The notes beneath the pieces were generated by a model. It searched no databases, had not been told where the DNA came from, and saw nothing but the letters and a program-made list of their open reading frames with translations. Positions 18,618-27,173 of a stretch of 64,000 nucleotides of DNA are shown here, piece after piece. The stretch covers positions 1,690 through 65,689 of the forward strand of contig CAZTEO010000002.1 of assembly GCA_964612845.1 (NCBI GenBank). Direction: 5' to 3'. Source of the stretch: an uncultured Anaerolineales bacterium. Lineage in GTDB: Bacteria > Chloroflexota > Anaerolineae > B4-G1 > SLSP01. The position numbers and the translations under genes are program-made. Each line of letters begins with the position of its first letter. Within the stretch, counting starts at the first letter, position 1.

Positions 18618-19286
18618 ATGCGACGAGAAAACATTGTTATGCTCTCTGACCCGCAAACACGGGCGGCTGAAGCGTACCGCTCTCTGCGTGTCAATCTTCA
18701 TTATGCCAGTCTCGACGATCCGTTGAAAACGCTCGTTATCGCACTGCCGGCGGTAGAAAAGGGCGCACTCAAAGCGACTGAGGTCTCTGTCAATCTGGCA
18801 GTGGCGATGGCTCAAGCCGGGCAGCGCGTCATTCTGGTTGACGCGGATCTGCGGCATCCTCAACTGCACGAAATCTTCAGCGTAAGTGGCACACCCGGTC
18901 TTGCACAGGCGATCCTAATGCTGGAGGCCGACGATTCTACTTTGCCTCTGGTCGAGACTGAGGTGGAAGGCTTGCGCTTCTTGCCCGGTGGCGATCCGCC
19001 CCCTAATCCGGCGGACATCTTGAGCTCGCAGAAGATGACCGCACTGCTGCAAAAGCTAGCGTCACAGGCAGACGTGACGATCCTAAAAGCGCCTCCGGTT
19101 CTGCTGGCAGCCGATGCGCCGGCTTTGGCGGCGCGCACAGATGGTCTGCTGCTGGTTGCGCGTTCTGGGCACACGCGCCGGGATCGCCTGGCGGCGGCAA
19201 AAGAAAAACTGGAGCAGTTTGAGGTGCATCTTCTGGGGGCCGTCTTGACCGATGCCTCAGAGGACGGATACCTGAGCACGTATTGA
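18618..19286 (+). CDS. CapB/CpsD-type tyrosine-kinase (BY-kinase) homologue with degenerate Walker A and Walker B
   Basis: AEAYRSLRVNL, NLAVAMAQAGQRVILVDADLRHP (Walker A' intact) and PPNPADIL are family patterns. The Walker A position reads EKGALKAT and the Walker B position reads VTILKAPP. C-terminus is DGYLSTY. Confidence 0.7.
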   Translation: MRRENIVMLSDPQTRAAEAYRSLRVNLHYASLDDPLKTLVIALPAVEKGALKATEVSVNLAVAMAQAGQRVILVDADLRHPQLHEIFSVSGTPGLAQAILMLEADDSTLPLVETEVEGLRFLPGGDPPPNPADILSSQKMTALLQKLASQADVTILKAPPVLLAADAPALAARTDGLLLVARSGHTRRDRLAAAKEKLEQFEVHLLGAVLTDASEDGYLSTY

Positions 19287-19318
19287 ACAAGAGTATCATG
19301 CTACGTTGAGGAGGATAC

Positions 19319-20386
19319 ATGAAGGGACTGATTCTCAGCGGTGGTAAAGGGACGCGGCTCTACCCGCTGACCTTCACCAGCGCCAAACAGTTGATTCCTG
19401 TGGCGAACAAGCCCATTTTGTTCCGCGTCATCGAGGCGATTCGAGATGCCGGTATTGAAGATATTGGCATCGTCGTCGGTGATACAGCCGACGAAATCAA
19501 AGCATCGGTACGGCGCGGTAACAAATGGGGCGTGAACGTTACCTACATCCACCAGGCGGAGCCGCTGGGATTGGCGCACGCTGTCAAGATCAGCCGTGAT
19601 TTCCTGGGTGATGAGCGTTTTGTGATGTTCTTGGGGGATAACGTTATCCAGGGCGGTATTTCGCCGCTGATTCGGCAGTTCGCAGAGTCTGATACCAACA
19701 GCCAGATTGTGTTGACTGAAGTCACTCATCCTGAATCTTACGGCGTTGCGGAGATTAACGACTCCGGTGAGATTATCCAGCTGATCGAGAAGCCCGAGGT
19801 TCCCCCGTCAAACTTGGCCCTTGTCGGCATTTACATGTTCGATCATCATATCTTTGAGGCTGTCAACGGCATCACCCCCTCCTGGCGAGGTGAGCTGGAG
19901 ATTACGGACGCTATCCAGTGGCTGGTGGATCACGACTATAGCGTATATCCGTACATCCATCGGGGCTGGTGGATCGACACGGGGCAGCCGGGAGATATGC
20001 TGGAAGCCAATAGCCTGGTCCTTGAAGAGTTGGAGCCAGAAAACCAGGGGTATGTGGATCGGGACTCTGACGTAGACAGTCGCGTCACCATCGAGAAGGG
20101 GGCTGAGATTATCAACAGCATTGTGCGAGGCCCCACGATTATCGGTGAGAATACGCGGATTGTTAATTCCTACATTGGCCCGTTCACTTCTATCTATTAC
20201 GATGTGGTCATTCAGGATAGTGAGATTGAACGGTCTATCGTTTTAGAGCATAGTCATCTGGAGGCGCTGCCTGCCCGGATTCAGGATAGTCTGATCGGTC
20301 GCCACGTGATACTTAAACGTTCACCGATGCGACCCAAAGCCCTGAAGCTGACGCTTGCGGATTACAGTCGGGTGGGGTTGCTCTAG
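19319..20386 (+). CDS. rmlA: glucose-1-phosphate thymidylyltransferase, long form (nucleotidyltransferase plus left-handed beta-helix)
   Basis: MKGLILSGGKGTRLYPLTFTSAKQLIPVANKP is the sugar-nucleotidyltransferase signature. The 355-aa length with a C-terminal hexapeptide-repeat region fits the long form. GGAGGA RBS. Confidence 0.85.
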   Translation: MKGLILSGGKGTRLYPLTFTSAKQLIPVANKPILFRVIEAIRDAGIEDIGIVVGDTADEIKASVRRGNKWGVNVTYIHQAEPLGLAHAVKISRDFLGDERFVMFLGDNVIQGGISPLIRQFAESDTNSQIVLTEVTHPESYGVAEINDSGEIIQLIEKPEVPPSNLALVGIYMFDHHIFEAVNGITPSWRGELEITDAIQWLVDHDYSVYPYIHRGWWIDTGQPGDMLEANSLVLEELEPENQGYVDRDSDVDSRVTIEKGAEIINSIVRGPTIIGENTRIVNSYIGPFTSIYYDVVIQDSEIERSIVLEHSHLEALPARIQDSLIGRHVILKRSPMRPKALKLTLADYSRVGLL

Positions 20387-20483
20387 GGACAATCGGCGGG
20401 GGATTTGTAGAGCTAAAGGCCCTCGTCACAAGCCCTGAGACGTTAGACGCCTTCTGGCTTCTGTACGTAGCATATGTGATATG

Positions 20484-20511
20484 AAAGAGCGGCGCTTGAG
20501 CGCCGCTCTTT
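20484..20511. terminator. bidirectional rho-independent terminator between convergent genes
   Basis: AAAGAGCGGCGC (20484-20495), loop TTGA, GCGCCGCTCTTT (20500-20511). The A-run/T-run arrangement works on both strands. Confidence 0.7.
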
Positions 20512-20523
20512 GCTGTCTGAGGC

Positions 20524-21648
20524 CTATTCTTCTGCCGGAACGTAAGGGATGACGCGAAAGTCGGTTTCTAGCAGGGTTGAGCCGCCCAGAGACAGCGTGG
20601 TCGTGTAAGTGCCCGCACGCAAGAAGGGGGCTTCTTCGGTGCCCGTGAGAGTATCCCATATCACGCCGCTCTCGTCGCCGGTCCACTGTCCCCGGTGGAC
20701 GCGCACTTCCTCTCCATTTCGATACCAGCGCGCGATCCATCTGAGACCGTCGGGAATGTTGCGGCAGTCGGTTACCACGTAGACGGCCTGCGTGTACCAT
20801 TCGAAGCGTTCCAGAGGTCGGTAAGGCTCGCCTCCAGGTGTCAGTCCCATCGCCGTCAAGGGTGTCTCACAGACGGGCATCTGGACGTCGGGGGTTTCGG
20901 TCTCTTCAGGCTCAGGCGTCTTTCCCAGCTCAAAGTCTAGGTGGCGCTCTTCGCCGCCTGCCAGCGTGAGGGTTGCTTCGTATCGACCCGGTTCAAATAT
21001 TCCACCGTCCTCAAGATAACAGGCTACGCTCCCTGCACCTTGACTGGCTTGTAACGTGAGATCGCGATTTAGGATCGTCTCTCCCTCGCGCGTGACCGTC
21101 ATCCAGAGGGGGGTGCCGGGGCAGACCGCATCGTAAGTGTAGCGCACGTAGAAAACACGCGGGCGCTCCTGCAGCGTCGTGATCTCTGGTCCAGACGGAG
21201 TGAGACCTAGAGAGATCGCTTCCAGTTGAGGGCTGGTGGCTTGAACCGTAAAGGCGTGTTCTGCGATTTCGGTGTCGTTCACATAGAAGGTGAACACATA
21301 ATCGCCTGGGATCATTGGCGTGCCGTCCGGCAGCGCGATGAAGAGGTCGCGCTCCTTTAGTGTCCAAGTTCCCTCGGCGATCACCGTTGTCTCAGCGGTG
21401 GGGCGCACGTCCCACGTGGCGACCGTATCCGCAGGCCAGGCGCCCTCGACGATAGGGCGTAGTCGGAGTTGCGTTGCATTCCGGCAAAGCAGGGTGGGTG
21501 GGTTCACGAACCGCAGACTGGGTAAGGGCGTTGCGGGAGTTAAGTCAGCTGCCGGCGTATTGGGGGCCGACGTTGCCTGCCCACAGGCTGACAGAAGTAG
21601 AGAGGCTAGCAGTATCCACAGCCACCACTTGCGCTTGATGCTCATCAT
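20524..21648 (-). CDS. secreted lipoprotein with three internally repeated beta-rich domains
   Basis: Lipobox LLLSAC after MMSIKRKWWLWILLAS. Three ~100-aa segments each end in a similar pattern: PGDYVFTFYVNDTEIAEHAFTV, PGRYEATLTLAGGEERHLDFEL and AGTYTTTLSLGGSTLLETDFRV. Confidence 0.6.
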   Translation of the reverse strand: MMSIKRKWWLWILLASLLLSACGQATSAPNTPAADLTPATPLPSLRFVNPPTLLCRNATQLRLRPIVEGAWPADTVATWDVRPTAETTVIAEGTWTLKERDLFIALPDGTPMIPGDYVFTFYVNDTEIAEHAFTVQATSPQLEAISLGLTPSGPEITTLQERPRVFYVRYTYDAVCPGTPLWMTVTREGETILNRDLTLQASQGAGSVACYLEDGGIFEPGRYEATLTLAGGEERHLDFELGKTPEPEETETPDVQMPVCETPLTAMGLTPGGEPYRPLERFEWYTQAVYVVTDCRNIPDGLRWIARWYRNGEEVRVHRGQWTGDESGVIWDTLTGTEEAPFLRAGTYTTTLSLGGSTLLETDFRVIPYVPAEE

Positions 21649-21705
21649 GGATTTTCCTCCCTCATATCATCACTGAATGCCTATCGCTCTGCGATAGGTT
21701 AGGTT

Positions 21706-22173
21706 TCATTCCTCGCGGCTTGCCGCGAAACAGGGGCCAGAGCTTGCCCTGGGGGGCATACCATTGAATTCCGCCACCATCTTCTCCGCATATTTCCGCC
21801 AGTGCGGATGGGTTCCAATGTTCAGGTATGCACGGAAATCGTCCAATGCGCGCGAGTAGTCGCGCAGTTGTTGATAGGCCAGGGCGCGGTTGAAGAGTGC
21901 CGCGTCAGGTTTGGTCTCGCGTGCCAGCAGATAGGAGAACTGTCTGATGGCGTCTTGGGGTCTATCCAACTCTCGCCAGTAAAGAACGCCTTGGTCGAGC
22001 CGTGTTTGCACGAGATTAGGGTTCAGATCGAGCGCACACTGATACCAGCGTACAGCTTGTTCATGCGACGTCTTATCGTCACGCGCATTACCCCAGTAAT
22101 GGTAGCTCATGCCCAGCCAGCGGCAGAGATGCGCGCGCAGATTCTGGAAGATCGCACCAAGGTTGAAGGTCAT
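21706..22173 (-). CDS. TPR-repeat protein
   Basis: Start set to ATG 22173, forming an ATGA overlap with the upstream GT4 stop. TPR-like helices include AVRWYQCALDLNPN and ALAYQQLRDYSRALDDFRAYL. Confidence 0.55.
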   Translation of the reverse strand: MTFNLGAIFQNLRAHLCRWLGMSYHYWGNARDDKTSHEQAVRWYQCALDLNPNLVQTRLDQGVLYWRELDRPQDAIRQFSYLLARETKPDAALFNRALAYQQLRDYSRALDDFRAYLNIGTHPHWRKYAEKMVAEFNGMPPRASSGPCFAASREE

Positions 22174-23261
22174 GTGGCAAGCTCCTGGTAAATATTGACG
22201 GTCGCTTCGGCGACCTGATGCTGGGTGAAATGTTCTAACACGCGAGCGCGGCCTCTCGCACCCAGCGTTCGCCGCAAAGCTGCATCCTGTACCAGCGTCT
22301 CCAGCGCGCGATGTAGGGCGCATACATCGTTTTCAGGAAACGTCAGACCGGCATCCCCGATCACGTGGGGGATCTCACCAGTCTCCGATCCGACGACCGC
22401 AACGCCGCAGGACATGGCTTCGATGAGCACGCGCCCAAACTGTTCTGTCCAATTGGGACGCGAGCGAGAAGGCAGGACCAATACGTCGACCTTTCGGTAG
22501 AAAGCCGGCATGCTTGTGGAGGGGATGGGCTCAAGCATGCGCACGCGCTCCGGGTTGTGGATGTGTGCCTGCAAGCGAGATGCTCCGGGTCCCTGGCCCA
22601 GGATTGTGGCCCGCCAATCCCCTTCCAGGTATTGCAGGGCGTTGAGCAGTAGATCGACCCCCTTTTCCGGCACAAGCCGGCCAACGTAGGCGATATGTAC
22701 TGGTGTATTGTCGTGACGTACGGATGGCGGAGAGAAAATATCCGGGTCAACGCCAAACTGTGGAATGACAGCCAGGGGGCCCTGGTAGCCTTTGGCACGC
22801 CACACACGCTTGGCTGTATGACTGCCGACGATGGCGTAGTCCGTATGGCGCAGGTTGTAGCGTTCGATCCGCGAGAATGGCCAGGGATAGGCGCGGTGTA
22901 GGTTTTGCCATGAGAACCAGAGCGTCTTTGCACCTAAACCTCGCGCCTTCCGATTGGCTAGCAGGGTCGCAAGATTGTAGGGTTCTTCATCGATGTGGAC
23001 GATGTCTGGCTTGATCTTGTCGAGCAGCTGCCCAAATCCTTGATAGAAGTGCAGATGGAATGAGCCATTCAGCGCCAGCGGCAGCGTTACAAGGCGATAG
23101 CCGTTGGTGTGAGCGCGCTCAAGTCGCATGACACCCCGCTCATCTTTCCACGCTGGGGGGACAGCGACGGTAAGCTCGATATCTGGAAAGGCTGCGATCT
23201 CCTCGAGTTTGCGTTGGTAAGCACCCACGACGCAGGCCTTGGAAAGCATCAAGACTCGCAA
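22170..23261 (-). CDS. glycosyltransferase family 4 (GT-B, retaining type)
   Basis: E-x7-E motif region TEQFGRVLIEAMSCGVAVVGSETGEIP. The N-terminus RVLMLSKACVVGAYQRKLEE is typical. Start is ambiguous: TTG 23261 directly after GAGGAGG, or ATG 23249. Confidence 0.8.
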   Translation of the reverse strand: MRVLMLSKACVVGAYQRKLEEIAAFPDIELTVAVPPAWKDERGVMRLERAHTNGYRLVTLPLALNGSFHLHFYQGFGQLLDKIKPDIVHIDEEPYNLATLLANRKARGLGAKTLWFSWQNLHRAYPWPFSRIERYNLRHTDYAIVGSHTAKRVWRAKGYQGPLAVIPQFGVDPDIFSPPSVRHDNTPVHIAYVGRLVPEKGVDLLLNALQYLEGDWRATILGQGPGASRLQAHIHNPERVRMLEPIPSTSMPAFYRKVDVLVLPSRSRPNWTEQFGRVLIEAMSCGVAVVGSETGEIPHVIGDAGLTFPENDVCALHRALETLVQDAALRRTLGARGRARVLEHFTQHQVAEATVNIYQELAT

Positions 23262-23503
23262 AACACCTCCTCTATGTCTTTGAGCTGTAGTATACCCCAA
23301 CGCGCGGGTAGAGGAAAGAGTGGGATAACGGCTTGGTGGTGTGCGAGAACAAAGCGCATGGCTTTCATAGAAGAGTGACTGGAATCAATTCTCTGTTGTT
23401 TTGCTCTCCATCAGTTCCGATGTATCATACGCAAGGATTAAGTATCAGTACACCTGTGTCAGTGGCGCTGGACTGCTTTTTCACCCTAGGAGCAAAATCG
23501 TAG

Positions 23504-24505
23504 ATGAAAATTGACGCCTTGGAACAACGGTTGTCTTGTTTGAAGCCTCTGGATCTGGGCCTTTTCCCGACTCCTCTGGCGCCGCTATCCCAACTCTCAG
23601 ATGCTCTCCATGGTCCAGATATATGGATCAAACGTGACGATGTGAGCGGGTTAGGCGGTGGAGGCAACAAGATTCGTAAATTGAAGTATCTTGCAGCCGA
23701 GGCCCTGCGTCGAGATGCCGACGTACTTATGACCACCGGGGCGCAACAGTCCAACCATGCCCGTCAGACAGCAGCTACGGCAGCGCGATTTGGTTTGTCT
23801 AGCGTGCTCGTTTTGGCTGGTGATGCGCCTTTTGCGGCGCAGGGCAACTATCTGCTCGATAGATTTTTTGGCGCGGAGGTGCGCTGGGCTGGCGACCATC
23901 CGTTGATGGATGCGCTCCAGGCAGAAGCCGACGCGCTTAGAAGTGCAGGGCGTCGACCGTATGTGATTCCCTATGGTGGGAGCAATGGTCTGGGAGCATG
24001 TGGTTTTGTCGAGGCTTATGCTGAGTTGACTAGACAAGCGCAAGCGCGAGATCTGCACTTTGACGCTGTCGTCGTGGCGTCCAGCAGCGGCGGTACTCAG
24101 GCTGGCTTGACCATCGGCGCGCAGGCACTGGATGCCACGACCCGCGTCATCGGTATTAGTATCGCGGATGAGGCTCCGGTCTTGCGTCAGCACCTGGTTG
24201 ATATTGCCGCCCAGATCCAGACGTGCTTAGATTTGCCCATTGCCTTGGAACCGGCGAAACTATCCATCATCGATGACTATCTTGGGGATGGGTACGGTAT
24301 CGTGGGCGCCTTGGAATGTGACGCTATCTACACCCTGGCCCAATGCGAGGGGCTTCTGGCTGACCCTGTCTACACGGGGCGTGCGCTGGGTGGATTGATG
24401 GATCTGGTACGTAAGGGCTTTTTTGCTCCTGAAGAGCGGGTGCTCTTCTGGCATACCGGGGGAACTCCAGGTCTATATGCCTACGCTGGAGAGTTGGTAG
24501 CATGA
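23504..24505 (+). CDS. PLP-dependent D-cysteine desulfhydrase / ACC deaminase family enzyme
   Basis: TPLAPL...IWIKRDDVSGLGGGGNKIRKLKYL...TTGAQQSNHARQTAA is the family signature, including the PLP-Lys region. Confidence 0.8.
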   Translation: MKIDALEQRLSCLKPLDLGLFPTPLAPLSQLSDALHGPDIWIKRDDVSGLGGGGNKIRKLKYLAAEALRRDADVLMTTGAQQSNHARQTAATAARFGLSSVLVLAGDAPFAAQGNYLLDRFFGAEVRWAGDHPLMDALQAEADALRSAGRRPYVIPYGGSNGLGACGFVEAYAELTRQAQARDLHFDAVVVASSSGGTQAGLTIGAQALDATTRVIGISIADEAPVLRQHLVDIAAQIQTCLDLPIALEPAKLSIIDDYLGDGYGIVGALECDAIYTLAQCEGLLADPVYTGRALGGLMDLVRKGFFAPEERVLFWHTGGTPGLYAYAGELVA

Positions 24506-24867
24506 GACGCTGGCTTTGGATCTTGCTCGGCTTAGCCGCCGGTGTGAGCCTGGGACTGCTTATCGGCTGGGTGGTCGCGCCGGTGCAATATTACGACACA
24601 GTACCGGATCAGCTGCATCCGGTCTACCAGAGAGAATACGTGCGGTTGGTCGCATCTACCTACGCAGTCACCGGTGATCTGGACGTCGCAGCTGCGCGTC
24701 TGGCGCGCCTAAATCCAACTGATCCCTCAGCCCCGCTGCAAACATTGACGGAGGATCTGATCTCGGAGAAGGCGTCGCCGGTTGTCATCGGACCGCTGGC
24801 GCGTCTGGCTGAGGACTTGGATGCTGCGACGCCGGTCATGGCGCCCTATCTCCAGGAGACGCCGTGA
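24502..24867 (+). CDS. small N-terminally anchored membrane protein (paralogue of the next gene)
   Basis: ATGA overlap with the upstream stop. WLWILLGLAAGVSLGLLIGWVVAPVQYYDTVPDQL aligns with the next protein. Confidence 0.55.
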   Translation: MRRWLWILLGLAAGVSLGLLIGWVVAPVQYYDTVPDQLHPVYQREYVRLVASTYAVTGDLDVAAARLARLNPTDPSAPLQTLTEDLISEKASPVVIGPLARLAEDLDAATPVMAPYLQETP

Positions 24868-25757
24868 AGATTCACTGGATTGTGCTCATTGGTTTTGTGC
24901 TGGGTTTGGCGGGTGGCTTATACTACGCCTGGACTATCAACCCGGTCCAGTATTATGATAGCATTCCTGTTCAGTTGGATGCTCGGTACCGTCGTGACTG
25001 GGTCAGGATGACGGCTTTTGCCTATGGATATACCGGTGATCTTCGGCGTGCAGAGGTTCAATTGCAGGGATTGCCTCAGGAAGAGGTACGTCCGCTGCTG
25101 GTCCAGGCGCTGGATACAGCTGTGGCGGACGGATACACCTCCATTGTGTTGACACGCATGGCGTCGTTAGCCAAGCGATACGGTGCTCAGAGTCCCGCTG
25201 TTAGCATCTACACAGATAGTGGCGAGGCGTCGCTCTCTTCAACGCCGGGCCTGATTTCGACGCCGACGGATGCGGGTCCGCCAACTCCCAGTCCGACGCC
25301 GATGCCACGTTCCCCTGAGCCTACATCAACTCCCACGCTTGATCCTGCGCAGCTTTCAATCCAGCCGACCCCCACACCTCCGAGTCCGTCTTACGTCATT
25401 ACCCAGGTTGTGCGTTCCTGTCTACCCGAACCACGGATTGCCGTTTCTCTCACTCAGCAGGTCAGCGTCACAGTTCGAGGGGAATCTCGTCTGGACACCC
25501 AGGGACTCGCTGGCAAGGAGGTATGGCTACTGTGGTCCGAGGGGGCGGACCGCGCGATCACAGGTCTACGTCCAATTCAAGGTGCAGGCTATGCTGATTT
25601 TCAGGTGGAGCCTTTGGAAACGTATAATCTATATATCGACTCTCCCACAGGCGCTCCACTTACCGACCTGGATGTAGGTCCCTGTGAGACGCAGGAAGAA
25701 ACAACCTGGATGTCGTGGCTACTTGTCATCCGAAGTACAGAGATCATCTCACCGTAA
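24864..25757 (+). CDS. N-terminally anchored membrane protein with a PT-rich linker and a C-terminal beta-rich domain
   Basis: GTGA overlap with the upstream stop. HWIVLIGFVLGLAGGLYYAWTINPVQYYDSIPVQL is paralogous to the previous gene. Confidence 0.55.
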   Translation: MKIHWIVLIGFVLGLAGGLYYAWTINPVQYYDSIPVQLDARYRRDWVRMTAFAYGYTGDLRRAEVQLQGLPQEEVRPLLVQALDTAVADGYTSIVLTRMASLAKRYGAQSPAVSIYTDSGEASLSSTPGLISTPTDAGPPTPSPTPMPRSPEPTSTPTLDPAQLSIQPTPTPPSPSYVITQVVRSCLPEPRIAVSLTQQVSVTVRGESRLDTQGLAGKEVWLLWSEGADRAITGLRPIQGAGYADFQVEPLETYNLYIDSPTGAPLTDLDVGPCETQEETTWMSWLLVIRSTEIISP

Positions 25758-25778
25758 GATGGTACGTGATTATTCGCA

Positions 25779-25806
25779 TTGTCGATAGCGAAATGCAGCT
25801 TATAAT
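25779..25806 (+). promoter_or_regulatory. promoter-like TTGTCG-16-TATAAT upstream of the YtxH-like gene
   Basis: TTGTCG 25779-25784, TATAAT 25801-25806. Leader of about 110 nt, then AGAGGAGGAG and ATG 25923. Confidence 0.4.
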
Positions 25807-25922
25807 AAAGTAGGTTGGTGATTGCGAACCATCTCTCTGATGAGAACCTCCCGGTTATTCGTTGTGAGATGTGGAATGTATACCCAATCTAGAATTTAGG
25901 ATACGTTAAGAGGAGGAGACTC

Positions 25923-26162
25923 ATGCGTAAGGCACTCTCATTCTTGGAAGGGCTTTTTCTAGGGGCTATGATAGGTGGAGGCGCGGCTCTGTTGTTTGCT
26001 CCTAAATCGGGATCTGAATTGCAAGAGGATATTCAGACCTATGTTGATCATCTTGTCGCAGAGGGCAAAAAAGCGGCAGATGTACGACGTCAAGATTTAG
26101 AGCAACAGTTGGAGGCTTTCAAGCAAGGTCATCCGCTCCCAACGGCAACTTCAGAGGACTAA
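25923..26162 (+). CDS. YtxH-domain protein (small membrane-anchored stress-type protein)
   Basis: GLFLGAMIGGGAALLFAPKSGSELQEDI is the YtxH signature. Strong RBS. Confidence 0.7.
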   Translation: MRKALSFLEGLFLGAMIGGGAALLFAPKSGSELQEDIQTYVDHLVAEGKKAADVRRQDLEQQLEAFKQGHPLPTATSED

Positions 26163-26177
26163 GACCTTCAATATGCG

Positions 26178-26215
26178 AACCCGGCAGAGTTACATCTGCC
26201 GGGTTTGATTTTGTA
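26178..26215 (+). terminator. rho-independent terminator after the YtxH-like gene
   Basis: AACCCGGCAGA (26178-26188) pairs with TCTGCCGGGTT (26195-26205), then TGATTTTGTATT. Confidence 0.75.
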
Positions 26216-26268
26216 TTGATTGTACCTAAGCGGGTTTCTGCTAGAATTTCTTCTGAGCCAGCCTTCTG

Positions 26269-27000
26269 TCAGTGAGCGGTTCGCGTTGCCTCTACAAAAG
26301 CCTTAAATAGAGGATACATGGTGGGATCAATCTTGACCATGGCTTCGGGATGCCACTGTACACCCACAACGAAGGGGTGATCTGGCATTTCTAAGCCCTC
26401 AATGATCCCATCCGGGGCTCGCGCTACTACGTGCAAACCATCTCCTGGTTTGCTGACGGCTTGGTGATGCGCGCTGTTGACGTCAAATTCCGTGCCAGCT
26501 AGAATCTCTGCCATCCTGCTCTTTGCTTCGATCGCTACTTTGTGGACGCTGTTTTCCATAGGACGCCCTGACACATAGGCGTGCTCGATGGTATCCGAAA
26601 CTTGCGCGGTTATATCCTGGTAGAGCTCGCCGCCCAAGGCCACGTTTAGCACCTGATGACCGCGACAGATCCCGAGAATGGGGAGTCCGCGTTCTAATGC
26701 GGCTTGGACCAAGCTTAGTTCAGAGCGATCCCGTTGATCATCCACGCCACCCATCCAAGCGGCAGGCGTTTGATGATAGTACGCAGGTGCAATATCCTCT
26801 CCACCGGAGAGCAGAATACCATCTACTCGCCCCAACACGCTCTGCCAATCTTGTGTCTCCAAAACAGGAGGCAATATGATAGGTGTGCCGCCTGCTTTCT
26901 GAATGGCGCGCACATAGGTCTGTCCTACGGAGAACATGGGGCTGTTAAGCAAACGGGCGGAAGTGTCCTTCCGCCCAGTGATTCCGATCAACGGTTGCAT
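26269..27000 (-). CDS. class I glutamine amidotransferase, peptidase C26 / gamma-glutamyl-GABA hydrolase-like
   Basis: PLIGITG...GGEDIAP...ILGICRGHQVLNVALGG...VGVQWHPE gives the catalytic Cys-His pattern. Confidence 0.8.
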   Translation of the reverse strand: MQPLIGITGRKDTSARLLNSPMFSVGQTYVRAIQKAGGTPIILPPVLETQDWQSVLGRVDGILLSGGEDIAPAYYHQTPAAWMGGVDDQRDRSELSLVQAALERGLPILGICRGHQVLNVALGGELYQDITAQVSDTIEHAYVSGRPMENSVHKVAIEAKSRMAEILAGTEFDVNSAHHQAVSKPGDGLHVVARAPDGIIEGLEMPDHPFVVGVQWHPEAMVKIDPTMYPLFKAFVEATRTAH

Positions 27001-27084
27001 ATCAAAAAGCGAGTTGCCTTAAGGGCCTGTAAAATATAAATTCCCGTTACTGTTAACCCAATGCGGCGAAGAATCAAGGAAACT

Positions 27085-27173
27085 GACGTTTGAGACTTTC
27101 CCCCGCGAATTCTCCTGATGACACGTGTAGAGTTGATTTAGGAGTCGGGAAGTTATGCTTTAACCAGCCTTTA
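27085..27173 (-). repeat. copy A of a roughly 90-nt dispersed repeat; its first three nt are the TAA stop of rplS
   Basis: Minus-strand reading: TAAAGGCTGGTTAAAGCATAACTTCCCGACTCCTAAATCAACTCTACACGTGTCATCAGGAGAATTCGCGGGGGAAAGTCTCAAAC. Aligns with copies B and C at roughly four-fifths identity by eye. Confidence 0.7.
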
